A stretch of DNA of 40,815 nt from a virus. This document shows positions 6,847 through 14,585 of the stretch, one piece after another. The notes under the pieces were generated by a model. That model worked only from the letters and a program-made list of their open reading frames with translations, did no database searches and had not been told where the DNA came from. The stretch lies in IMG/VR virus record IMGVR_UViG_3300006184_000006; one strand, written 5' to 3'. Position 1 is the first letter of the stretch, and each line of letters opens with the position of its first letter. Position numbers and translations under genes: made by a program.

Positions 6847-7763
6847 CGATCCAGACCAGACGCCCCACAGGACGTCCTTCGTGGCCGATCACGGTCCTCG
6901 CAGGACGCGAGGGAGCCGGTAAGACGTGGGCGGCTCTGAGCGCCTCAGCAAGCCCCCGGATCGGCCGAACCCTCGCCGTCACCATCGACGAAGACATGCC
7001 CGACGAATACGGCGCCATTCCCGGAGCGAACTTTGACATCGTCCTCCACGACGGCACCGCCAAGGGCATCATCTCCACTCTCGACGAAATGGAGAAGGAA
7101 CCCGACGTCGACGGGCTGCCCACCCTGTGGGTGATCGACTCCGGGGGACGGTTCTGGGATCTGCTGTCCACGAACGCACAGACCAAGGCGAACTCGAAGA
7201 AGCAGAACGCCTCCCGCAGCGATGACGCCCCCATCTCGGTTGAGCTGTGGAACGAAGCAGCGAAGACGTGGAAGCAGTTCTACGACCGACTGCGCCGCCA
7301 CAACGGCCCCGTGATCCTCACTTCCCGTCTCGAGCAGGTCGTCGTCATGAACGGCAAGACGCCCACCACTGAGCGGGAGTGGAAGATCCAGGGCTACAAG
7401 ACGCTGCCGTACGACGCGCAGGTCATCGTCGAGATGCCGGAACGTGGCGAATACCTGATCCGCAAGGTCAAGTCCACCCGATTCCAGCTGGACAGGAAGA
7501 CCCCGAAACCGGACTTCACGATGGACTGGCTCTGGGGAGTCCTCGGCCTAGCAGACGGTGCAGACGCACGACAGTACGGCGCGACCACCGCTGACCCCGA
7601 AGACACGTCCGGACGCGACTGGCTCACCGAACTTGAGGCAGCCGAGGGCAACCCCGACGCCATCTCGGCTCTCGGTATCGCAGCGCGTGCCGCCGGCGCC
7701 AACAAGGACATCCTCGCCGCCCTTCGGCAGGCGTTCCAGGACGCGAAGGAGACGGCAGCATGA
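6843..7763 (+). CDS. RecA-fold AAA ATPase (Sak4-like recombination/annealing protein)
   Basis: Walker A GREGAGKT and Walker B-like LWVIDSGG. The ATG at 6843 overlaps the upstream stop. The track ORF starts at 6813. Confidence 0.7.
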   Translation: MTIQTRRPTGRPSWPITVLAGREGAGKTWAALSASASPRIGRTLAVTIDEDMPDEYGAIPGANFDIVLHDGTAKGIISTLDEMEKEPDVDGLPTLWVIDSGGRFWDLLSTNAQTKANSKKQNASRSDDAPISVELWNEAAKTWKQFYDRLRRHNGPVILTSRLEQVVVMNGKTPTTEREWKIQGYKTLPYDAQVIVEMPERGEYLIRKVKSTRFQLDRKTPKPDFTMDWLWGVLGLADGADARQYGATTADPEDTSGRDWLTELEAAEGNPDAISALGIAARAAGANKDILAALRQAFQDAKETAA

Positions 7764-8038
7764 CCGCGGACATGTTCGACCTGATCGCCGTCACCCTGAC
7801 CGACGAAACCGCACTCGACTGGATGGCCGACGCCGCATGCGCCACCACCAACCCCGACGCGTGGTTCCCGGAAAGCGGCGAATCACCACGCCCCACCATC
7901 CGCATCTGCACCTCCTGCGAAGTCCGCACCCAATGCCTCCAATACGCCATCGACAACGGCGAGTACTGGGGCACGTGGGGCGGTCTCACGGCACGTGAAC
8001 TGCGGAAACTACGCCACCAGTTGGGAGACGCAGCATGA
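7760..8038 (+). CDS. whiB: WhiB-family (Wbl) iron-sulfur transcription factor
   Basis: 92 aa with four Cys (C-x21-C-x2-C-x5-C), the GEYWGTWGG turn and a basic C-terminus. This family is specific to Actinobacteria. Confidence 0.9.
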   Translation: MTADMFDLIAVTLTDETALDWMADAACATTNPDAWFPESGESPRPTIRICTSCEVRTQCLQYAIDNGEYWGTWGGLTARELRKLRHQLGDAA

Positions 8039-8430
8039 ACCGGCAGTGGACGTTCACCCTCGGATACGAGCGGGCACCCAAGGGACTCAACGCCAACGAT
8101 CGGCCCTCCCACTGGGCGGTCAAGCACGCCTCCACCCAGAACGTGCGCCTCTTCGTCAGCACCGAGATCCGCGCCCTCAACATCCCCACCCTGCAGAAAT
8201 GCCGAGTCGACGTCGTCTGGGTGGTCAACACCCGCCACCGACGCGACGAAGACAACCTCGCCCCGTTCCTCAAAGCCATCTACGACGGAATCGGAGCAGA
8301 CAAAGGCATCAGCGCACATCTGGTCCCCGACGACGCACCCCAGTACATGGAGAAAGTCGGCGCCACCATTCGATACGAGAAGGACGCGCAGCCGCACTTC
8401 GAAGTCACCATCACGGAGGTGACCGGATGA
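8035..8430 (+). CDS. rusA: RusA-family Holliday junction resolvase
   Basis: 131 aa with RRDEDNLAPFLKAIYDGI...LVPDD, matching the acidic catalytic motifs of RusA. Confidence 0.8.
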   Translation: MNRQWTFTLGYERAPKGLNANDRPSHWAVKHASTQNVRLFVSTEIRALNIPTLQKCRVDVVWVVNTRHRRDEDNLAPFLKAIYDGIGADKGISAHLVPDDAPQYMEKVGATIRYEKDAQPHFEVTITEVTG

Positions 8431-9158
8431 ACGAGCCCATCATGTTGGATCTCTTTTGCTGCGCAGGTGGCGCCGGCATGGGTTACCGCCGCGCAGGGTT
8501 CCGCATCTTCGGAGTGGACAAAGACAGCCAGCCCAACTACCCATTCGGGTTCCATCAAGGCGACGCCCTCGAGGTCCTGCAGACACTGCTCAACGGCGGA
8601 AGCATCGTTTTCGAGTCCGCAGTCATGCGCCCCTTCGGCCGAATGCTGCAGTGGGACTACATCACCCTCGCCGACATCGTCGCGATCCACGCATCGCCTC
8701 CCTGCCAGGGCTACACCGCGTTGAAGGCTGTGCACGGCAACGAGTGGCCCCTTCTCATCGAGCCCGTGCGCGAGCTCCTCGAGCAGACAGGTGTTCCCTA
8801 CGTCATCGAGAACGTGCAAGGCGCTCCCGTTCGACGTGATCTCACTCTCTGTGGGGAGATGTTCGGCCTTCGTGTCATTCGGCACCGGTTCTTCGAGTTG
8901 GGCGGGTGGGCTGCAGTCAAGCCGGCGCACATCCCACACCGAGGCCGGGTCGCCGGGTGGCGGCACGGGAAGTTCTACGACGGCCCCTACTTCGCGGTCT
9001 ACGGAAACGGGGGAGGTAAGGGCACCGTTGAGCAGTGGCAGGAAGCGCTCGGCATCGACTGGACCTCTGACCGTCGTGAGCTCTCAGAAGCGATCCCGCC
9101 GGCATACACGGAGTTCATCGGTGAGCAGCTGATCCAAACGCTGGAGGTGGCCGCATGA
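8427..9158 (+). CDS. Compact DNA (cytosine-5)-methyltransferase (243 aa)
   Basis: Motif I DLFCCAGGAGMGY, motif IV ASPPCQGYT, motif VI IENV, motif VIII RHRFF, and a motif X-like AIPPAYTEFIG. The ATG at 8427 overlaps the rusA stop. The upstream part of the long track ORF (7995-8426) was rejected. Confidence 0.85.
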   Translation: MNEPIMLDLFCCAGGAGMGYRRAGFRIFGVDKDSQPNYPFGFHQGDALEVLQTLLNGGSIVFESAVMRPFGRMLQWDYITLADIVAIHASPPCQGYTALKAVHGNEWPLLIEPVRELLEQTGVPYVIENVQGAPVRRDLTLCGEMFGLRVIRHRFFELGGWAAVKPAHIPHRGRVAGWRHGKFYDGPYFAVYGNGGGKGTVEQWQEALGIDWTSDRRELSEAIPPAYTEFIGEQLIQTLEVAA

Positions 9159-9322
9159 CCCGCGAGCATGCTGGAACTGTTCGTCTCCACCGCGGCGATC
9201 TGAGCGGTAAATGGTTCGTGGTGAAGATCGCTCCTGACGGACGGACCATCTCCGACAAGTGGGTCCTTCACCCCGACGATGCGACCGCTCTCGAGCAGCT
9301 CCGCGGAACGGAGAGCGAGTGA
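9155..9322 (+). CDS. Hypothetical protein (55 aa)
   Basis: MTREHAGTVRLHRGDLSGKWFVVKIAPDGRTISDKWVLHPDDATALEQLRGTESE, coupled at both ends. Confidence 0.45.
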   Translation: MTREHAGTVRLHRGDLSGKWFVVKIAPDGRTISDKWVLHPDDATALEQLRGTESE

Positions 9323-9729
9323 TGACCGCCCCGTCGAAGCAGGTTCGTGACCTGACGTATAAGCGTGACGGGTACCGGTGTGTGTCGTGTGGTGCGCAGT
9401 GGCCGTTGTCGTGGCAGCACCGATCCGCAAGTGGGCATGGGGGTCGTGGGAAGAAGGCACCCGCCCTGACCCCGGCTGATGGGTTGACGGCGTGCATTCC
9501 CTGCAATGGGCGGTTCGAGTCCGACCTTCAGGAACTCGCCCTCCACAACGGGTGGAAGCTGCGAAGGAACCGGTTGATGGCAGCCCATGAGGTCCCGTTC
9601 TATGACCGCAACCTGGGCGGCTACTTCCTCCCTGATGTGGAGGGGCGTGCGAAGTCCATTCCGAAGGCTCTCGCGGTCGAACTCATCGAAGCCGCCGGCG
9701 GATACACAACGAAAGGAGGGAGACCATGA
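9322..9729 (+). CDS. HNH endonuclease
   Basis: DGYRCVSCG...WQHR...CIPCN matches the HNH/zinc pattern. The ATG at 9322 is in the frame of track ORF 9259-9729. Confidence 0.7.
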   Translation: MTAPSKQVRDLTYKRDGYRCVSCGAQWPLSWQHRSASGHGGRGKKAPALTPADGLTACIPCNGRFESDLQELALHNGWKLRRNRLMAAHEVPFYDRNLGGYFLPDVEGRAKSIPKALAVELIEAAGGYTTKGGRP

Positions 9730-10502
9730 GCACCCCGTACTACCAAGACGACCTCGTCACGCTCTACCTCGGGGACTACCGCGACCACCTCGACATCGTA
9801 GACGCAGCGCACCCGGACGCGATCGTCACTGACCCGCCGTACGGTGAGACCTCCCTCGACTGGGATGTCTGGGTAGAAGGCTGGCTGGCGGACGCCGCTC
9901 GAGCAACCTCGAACCTGTGGTGCTTCGGATCGTTCCGCATGTTCATGGAGCACGTGGCCGAGTTCCGCGCCGCGGGGTGGAAGCTCGCCCAGGACACCGT
10001 GTGGGAGAAGCACAACGGATCCGGGTTCCACGCCGATCGCTTCAAACGGGTGCACGAGTTCGCGGTGCAGTTCTACCGGGGCGAGTGGGGTGCGCTTCAT
10101 AACGAACCGCCGACGACGCCCGACGCAATCAAACGGGTAGTCCGCACAAAGACCCGGCCGACGCAAATGGGCGCTATCGACAAGGCACCGTTCACGTCGG
10201 TCGACGGCGGCGACCGCCTCATGCGATCAGTCATCCGCCTTCGCTCGATGCACGGGAAGGCGATCAACGAGACCGAGAAGCCCGTCAAGTTGGCGCAGCT
10301 GTACGTAGCGAGCTCTGTGCCGGTCGGTGGGACGGTGGTGGATCTGTTCGCTGGCTCCTGCTCGACTGGTGTTGCGGCCCGTCAGCTGGGGCGCCGTGCA
10401 GTCCTGTTCGAGAAGCGCGAGTCGCAGTGCGAGAAAGCAGCGAACCGTCTCGAGGCAGAGACCGAACAGCCCCTCGATTTCGACTTCGGGGGTGCAGCCT
10501 GA
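9726..10502 (+). CDS. Beta-class amino DNA methyltransferase (DPPY type; probably N6-adenine, N4-cytosine not excluded)
   Basis: Motif IV TDPPYGE lies N-terminal. The AdoMet motif I VVDLFAGSCSTG lies C-terminal, giving the IV-to-I order. EKPVKL precedes motif I. Confidence 0.88.
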   Translation: MSTPYYQDDLVTLYLGDYRDHLDIVDAAHPDAIVTDPPYGETSLDWDVWVEGWLADAARATSNLWCFGSFRMFMEHVAEFRAAGWKLAQDTVWEKHNGSGFHADRFKRVHEFAVQFYRGEWGALHNEPPTTPDAIKRVVRTKTRPTQMGAIDKAPFTSVDGGDRLMRSVIRLRSMHGKAINETEKPVKLAQLYVASSVPVGGTVVDLFAGSCSTGVAARQLGRRAVLFEKRESQCEKAANRLEAETEQPLDFDFGGAA

Positions 10503-10864
10503 TGGACGCCCTGAGTTGGGTGAGAGTGCAGGCTGCGATCTCCCGGAACCACAAAGTGCTCGCACTCTTGCCTCAAAAGGGAGGCGATCGGGCACTCAAC
10601 GTGTTCGTTTTCGGTCTCGGTTACTGCGCCGAACAGGGCAACGCCGGGTTCATCCCGGAAGGTGCGCTTGGTCTGTTCCATGGCAACCCTCGGTCGGCTC
10701 AGCTTCTCGTCGAGGTGGGCATGTGGCATGAGCGTCCGGGGGGCTGGGAAGTCAATGATTACGCGGAATACCAGCCCACTGATGACGCTGCCAGGGCTCG
10801 TTCTGAGAAGGCGCGGAAGGCTGCGGAGGCTCGGTGGAGCAAGAAGAACGGGAGGGCCGAGTAA
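10502..10864 (+). CDS. Hypothetical protein (120 aa)
   Basis: MDALSWVRVQAAISRNHKV... The ATG overlaps the methyltransferase stop. The C-terminus is basic. Confidence 0.6.
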   Translation: MDALSWVRVQAAISRNHKVLALLPQKGGDRALNVFVFGLGYCAEQGNAGFIPEGALGLFHGNPRSAQLLVEVGMWHERPGGWEVNDYAEYQPTDDAARARSEKARKAAEARWSKKNGRAE

Positions 10865-10914
10865 TGCTCGGAGCAATGCCCGAGCATGCCGGGAGCATAT
10901 GCCCCAGCCATGCT
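10863..10914. repeat. Cluster of four GAGCAT/ATGCTC hexamers in alternating orientation (two nested hairpins)
   Basis: ATGCTCGG (10863-70) pairs with CCGAGCAT (10879-86). GAGCAT (10892-97) pairs with ATGCTC (10909-14). The palindrome GCATATGC lies at 10894-10901. Confidence 0.6.
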
Positions 10915-10923
10915 CAAAAATGC

Positions 10924-10959
10924 CACGTACGTACGTACGAACGAACGCAACTGACGTAC
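10924..10959. repeat. ACGT/ACGA tetranucleotide repeat tract (self-complementary, alternating purine-pyrimidine)
   Basis: ACGTACGTACGTACG (10924-38), then AACGAACG, then GACGTACG (10952-59). Confidence 0.6.
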
Positions 10960-11048
10960 GCGGTTAAGACCAAGGATTCTCATCTCACTTTCCTGAACGC
11001 GCGAGTAGGGCTGTGGATAAGTCGGCTCTCGTCTCTGGGGGTGGCGTG

Positions 11049-11423
11049 ATGACTCAGGTTGTTCGTTTCCCGGAGAAGGTATGGGGGCAGCTCGCGACCA
11101 TCGCGGATAACCGTAGCCAGTCCATCGCAGACGTGATCGTGGACGCCGCACAAGGGCTGCTGGGTCAGCCGCGACCAGAGCCGAAGTGTGACCTGCCGCA
11201 TGTGAAGCCGAAGCGTGATGTGCGTGGCCGTCCCCCTGTCCTGGATTGGCAGGACGAGGTTGTGGCTTCGCGGATCCGTGAGCTGCATGGTTTGGGCCGG
11301 TCGATGAAGGAAACAGCACGGGAGCTCGGGGTGTCCTGGGATGCGGTTCGTACCGCGTACACGCATCTCGGTCTTCCTACCACGAAGCGAAACACTCACC
11401 CGAAAGAAGGCACTGATGCATGA
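11049..11423 (+). CDS. DNA-binding protein (C-terminal HTH; possible N-terminal RHH-like region)
   Basis: GRSMKETARELGVSWDAVRTAYTHLG is an HTH. I chose ATG 11049. The track ORF starts at 11013. Confidence 0.6.
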   Translation: MTQVVRFPEKVWGQLATIADNRSQSIADVIVDAAQGLLGQPRPEPKCDLPHVKPKRDVRGRPPVLDWQDEVVASRIRELHGLGRSMKETARELGVSWDAVRTAYTHLGLPTTKRNTHPKEGTDA

Positions 11424-11529
11424 CCAGGAGCACACTCGTCCGCCGGCACCCGAACTGTCCCCAACCGAAATGCTTCGAGTCATCGAGTTCGAGTTCCTCC
11501 CCAGCGCATTCGAGGAGCAGGAAGCATGA
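11416..11529 (+). CDS. Hypothetical protein (37 aa)
   Basis: MHDQEHTRPPAPELSPTEMLRVIEFEFLPSAFEEQEA. Its stop overlaps the next ATG. The competing frame 11420-11737 is Arg/Ser-rich and judged less likely. Confidence 0.3.
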   Translation: MHDQEHTRPPAPELSPTEMLRVIEFEFLPSAFEEQEA

Positions 11530-11774
11530 GCCGCATCATCAGCGAAGGCGAGCGCTGGACTATCTGGGACACATTCGACGGCTCGGTGATCATGCAGTTC
11601 GATTCCTGGTCGGACACCGATCCTGCGGGGCGCGCACGCGAGGCATTCGACTCGTATCCGCGTCGTGCGAGCCTCTGGCGCGAGCAAGTCGTGAAGTACG
11701 AACGCGAACTCATCGATTCCAAGTACGTCGCAGGTGAGGCATCAGGCGGCAAGGCCGAGGCGGTGCACTCGTGA
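11526..11774 (+). CDS. Hypothetical protein (82 aa)
   Basis: Track ORF with a coupled start. Confidence 0.6.
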   Translation: MSRIISEGERWTIWDTFDGSVIMQFDSWSDTDPAGRAREAFDSYPRRASLWREQVVKYERELIDSKYVAGEASGGKAEAVHS

Positions 11775-11935
11775 GGAACCGTATCGATCTGTCTCCTCGC
11801 CCTGAATGGGCACCCACACCAAGAGAACGAACCACCCCACCGCAACCCTGCTGTGCGAAATGCAAGACACCGTTCGGGCATTCAGCGGTCGCAGGGATCT
11901 GCTGCCACGCACCCAAGAAGGAGAACCAGAGATGA
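11771..11935 (+). CDS. Hypothetical Cys-rich protein (54 aa)
   Basis: The GTG overlaps the upstream stop. The sequence contains CCAKCKTPFGHSAVAGICCH. The alternative track ORF 11806-12042 in another frame has somewhat higher GC3, so this call is unresolved. Confidence 0.3.
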   Translation: MRNRIDLSPRPEWAPTPRERTTPPQPCCAKCKTPFGHSAVAGICCHAPKKENQR

Positions 11936-12042
11936 CGTGGCGTGGTGAGCGCCGCTGGGATGGCGCGTACAAGCTCCGCAACCACTGGGACTACGCAGAC
12001 AGTTCGATGGCCGCAAACCACTTGGAGAGCGATGAGCGATGA
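11932..12042 (+). CDS. Hypothetical protein (36 aa; alternative long form starts at 11806)
   Basis: A strong AAGGAG (11917-11922) lies 9 nt upstream of ATG 11932. The stop overlaps the next ATG. Confidence 0.35.
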   Translation: MTWRGERRWDGAYKLRNHWDYADSSMAANHLESDER

Positions 12043-12473
12043 GTGACGACTACACGAAGCTGGTCGAGGAAGCACGCAAGATCGCCGCGTTCGGTGGATT
12101 CACGCCGGCGCACGTGTTGCACGCCCTGGCGAATGCTGTTGAGGGTCTCGACCGCGCGCTCATCCAGGAGGCGGAGACGACGCAGGACGCACTCGACGAG
12201 CGTGATGCTCTGCGGGAGGCGCGTCGTGCTGAACGCCGCGCACTTGTCCACCGCATCAACGACTACCGCGACGATTTGCGCGCTGTTGCTACCGAGAACG
12301 ACGCTCTGCGGGCACAACTCCGAACGCTGGCGGACGAGTTTCGGGAAGCGAAGGCGTATATCGCTGCGGAAGCACCCCATCCGCCTACCCAAATTCGGAT
12401 GGCGGCGATTCTTCGGGCGACCGAATCCGTTCTCGCTGACCTGTCGGATCCGGTTGAGGGGGAACAGGCATGA
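12039..12473 (+). CDS. Hypothetical coiled-coil protein (144 aa)
   Basis: Track ORF with heptad-like, Ala/Arg/Glu-rich sequence. Confidence 0.65.
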   Translation: MSDDYTKLVEEARKIAAFGGFTPAHVLHALANAVEGLDRALIQEAETTQDALDERDALREARRAERRALVHRINDYRDDLRAVATENDALRAQLRTLADEFREAKAYIAAEAPHPPTQIRMAAILRATESVLADLSDPVEGEQA

Positions 12474-12619
12474 GCGGACAGAAGGATTTCGATCAGACGC
12501 AAGACATGCAGGACTGGGAACGCAAATGGATCGAGCAGCACCGGGGCATCGTCCGGCCGCGGTCAGAATTCGACTTTGACCTAGCCGACCTGGACGTGCG
12601 ACCCGAGGGGGAACAGTGA
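12470..12619 (+). CDS. Hypothetical protein (49 aa)
   Basis: MSGQKDFDQTQDMQDWERKWIEQHRGIVRPRSEFDFDLADLDVRPEGEQ, coupled at both ends. Confidence 0.4.
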   Translation: MSGQKDFDQTQDMQDWERKWIEQHRGIVRPRSEFDFDLADLDVRPEGEQ

Positions 12620-12870
12620 ACATCCCAGACGAAGCCGCCAACCGGTACCCGGGCCAGTTCCTGGGCGAGGTACAACGCGCCGCGTTCATCGCTGGTGCTG
12701 AGTGGGCGCGGAAGGAAGCGACCAATCTGGCGGCCGTTGACAACGTTTGGTGGCATGACGAGACAGCATTGGCCGCATTGGACAAATGGCGGACTAGTGG
12801 TGACGGCGAACATGCGTCCCCGGAGGCGGCATTCCTTGACGGATACCAAGCGCGAAGGGAGGAAGGGTGA
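12616..12870 (+). CDS. Hypothetical protein (84 aa), first in a tandem run of three small early genes
   Basis: Track ORF with a GTG start overlapping the upstream stop. Confidence 0.6.
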   Translation: MNIPDEAANRYPGQFLGEVQRAAFIAGAEWARKEATNLAAVDNVWWHDETALAALDKWRTSGDGEHASPEAAFLDGYQARREEG

Positions 12871-13157
12871 TGCGAGAGACGTTTCGAGACGACGAAATCC
12901 CCTCCGCCCAGGACGTGAAGGACAGGTGGATGCACGCATCTCGCGCCGAAACCCACGCCAAGGGAGAGGCCGAGTTCGATCGTTGGTTGGTCAAGCATGA
13001 CGCCGCAGTGCGGAAGGAAGCACTCCGAGAAGCCGCCGAAGTGATCAAGCGCATCCTGGTCGCCGAGAACCGGGACGAGTGGTCAAAAGGTGTTGAGTGG
13101 TCGGCCGCACAAGGCATTGCCGCTCTCCGTGCTCTCGCGGAAGGAGAAGGACAGTGA
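12867..13157 (+). CDS. Hypothetical protein (96 aa), tandem paralogue
   Basis: Contains AEFDRWLVKHDAAVRKEALREAAE. GGGAGG lies upstream of the start. Confidence 0.65.
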   Translation: MMRETFRDDEIPSAQDVKDRWMHASRAETHAKGEAEFDRWLVKHDAAVRKEALREAAEVIKRILVAENRDEWSKGVEWSAAQGIAALRALAEGEGQ

Positions 13158-13414
13158 CCGAAGAAGCGACAACAGCACTCTCGGTCCCCTGGACTGGGGA
13201 CGTCAGATGGTGGTGGGTCGACGGTCGCGCAGAAGGAGTAACGGAGGCTGCGGCGGCCGACCAGTTCAACCGATGGCTATCGGCGCGTGACCGCCACGTC
13301 CGCAAGCAGGCTCTTCTGGATGCTCATGCTCTCTGCACCACGACCACGGATGCGGCCGCTATCAGCCGGCTCATCGAAGCAGAACGCGACCTAAAGGAGA
13401 CCCCGCATGCCTGA
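13154..13414 (+). CDS. Hypothetical protein (86 aa), tandem paralogue
   Basis: Contains ADQFNRWLSARDRHVRKQALLDAH, the same motif as the preceding gene. GTG 13154 follows AAGGAG. Confidence 0.6.
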   Translation: MTEEATTALSVPWTGDVRWWWVDGRAEGVTEAAAADQFNRWLSARDRHVRKQALLDAHALCTTTTDAAAISRLIEAERDLKETPHA

Positions 13415-13580
13415 GAAGCCCTCCGTCCGTATCGCCGCAGCGTTCCGTGGCATCGCCGATGCGCTCGAACACATGCGCATTGTCCTCTCGGAATGGAACT
13501 ACGCCCAAGTGATGCTCGACGAACACAACACAGCCCTCAAACGGCAGGGCATCAACCCGAAGGGACGCCCGCATGTCTGA
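13407..13580 (+). CDS. Hypothetical protein (57 aa)
   Basis: AAAGGAGA lies 6 nt upstream of ATG 13407. MPEKPSVRIAAAFRGIADALEHMRIVLSEWNYAQVML... Confidence 0.45.
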   Translation: MPEKPSVRIAAAFRGIADALEHMRIVLSEWNYAQVMLDEHNTALKRQGINPKGRPHV

Positions 13581-14229
13581 AACTGATCCGCTCCTGGCAG
13601 CGGTCGAAGCACTCACCAAACCCGTAGTCGAGAAGGTCCGACAGTTCGACGACGACGGCAACCACCTGAAAACCTGGACCGTCGAACACGCCCCACTCCT
13701 CGACCAGTTCCGTGAAGCTGTCATCCCGTCCAGCAACACCGCCGCAGGATCCTCAGCGCTCGCCTCCACGAGGAACATCCTCGACTCGACCGCCCTGTAC
13801 GAGTACTCGAAGATCGCCTCACAGACGGCCGACTGGTGCCGCATCATCAACGTCACCGCCGTCAAGGACGCCAGACTCAACCTGGTGCACTGGCTACCCC
13901 GCTTCTCAAAGCTCAACAGTGACCCCGAAGCAGCAGCCTGGTACATCACCCAGCTATGCGGATGGGCGAACCTGATCCGGGCACACATGGACCCGCCCCG
14001 CCGGCGCAGCATCACCTATCCATGCCCCATCTGCGGGAAACGCACCTGGACCGGACCGGATGGGGAAGGCGGAACATGGCCCCTCGAACTCCTGTACCGC
14101 CTCGACGACAACGACAAACCCGTCATCCTCTCCGCCATCTGCAAAGCCTGCGACCCCGTCACCACATGGACCGGACACGACGCCGTCGAAGAACTGATCG
14201 GAGAGCTCGAAGAACGACACGCAGGATGA
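13573..14229 (+). CDS. Zinc-ribbon protein (218 aa), last gene of the early region
   Basis: CPICGKRTW...(39 aa)...CKACDP is a four-Cys ribbon at the C-terminus. Confidence 0.7.
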   Translation: MSETDPLLAAVEALTKPVVEKVRQFDDDGNHLKTWTVEHAPLLDQFREAVIPSSNTAAGSSALASTRNILDSTALYEYSKIASQTADWCRIINVTAVKDARLNLVHWLPRFSKLNSDPEAAAWYITQLCGWANLIRAHMDPPRRRSITYPCPICGKRTWTGPDGEGGTWPLELLYRLDDNDKPVILSAICKACDPVTTWTGHDAVEELIGELEERHAG

Positions 14230-14341
14230 CCCACCAAAACCAACACGCTTGTGTTAACATGTGAGTGCCTTCCAGAAGTCCGCCCAAAACCGGACAGGAA
14301 GCCACAAGCCCCGCCCACCCGGACCAACCAGGTGTGGCCCG

Positions 14342-14373
14342 ACGGCCCTCCATCGTGAGGGCCGTCTTTGTTT
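14342..14373 (+). terminator. Intrinsic terminator closing the early operon
   Basis: ACGGCCCTC-catcgt-GAGGGCCGT (9-bp GC-rich stem) followed by CTTTGTTT. A second hairpin, GGTCAGGT-tctacg-ACCTGACC, follows at 14379-14400. Confidence 0.7.
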
Positions 14374-14585
14374 CACCAGGTCAGGTTCTACGACCTGACC
14401 CACCACCTATCAGGCCACCACACCTGACCGTCTTCCCTCCTGGGCCCGATCACACCACCCCCTTCAGAACAAGGTTGCAGACTCCTCGCCAAGCATGCCC
14501 ACCGTGCAGGCATCAAGCGTGACCGGACCAACCCCAACGTTCACCACGACGGGCCCAGGACGGAACCAACCAACGGAGGGTGACG

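Noticed and set aside
7995-8426. N-terminal 144 aa of the 387-aa track ORF that contains the C5 methyltransferase
   Set aside because: This part is Arg/Pro-rich, overlaps rusA in another frame, and has no methyltransferase motifs. Motif I starts right after the ATG at 8427, which overlaps the rusA stop.
8427-10502. Methyltransferase-HNH-methyltransferase considered as a restriction-modification system
   Set aside because: The 135-aa HNH protein looks like a standard small phage homing/packaging-type HNH with no target-recognition domain. It is translationally coupled within an early operon, so orphan methylases are the more likely reading. This is not formally excluded.
10834-11049. 71-aa plus-strand ORF spanning the structured intergenic island
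   Set aside because: It overlaps the end of the upstream gene and runs through the palindromes and the ACGT repeat. It has no RBS and atypically low GC3.
11806-12042. 78-aa track ORF as a single gene instead of the 11771-11935 plus 11932-12042 pair
   Set aside because: This is not firmly rejected. Its GC3 is slightly higher, but it lacks an RBS. ATG 11932 has a strong AAGGAG, and GTG 11771 is coupled to the upstream stop. Both options are recorded at low confidence.
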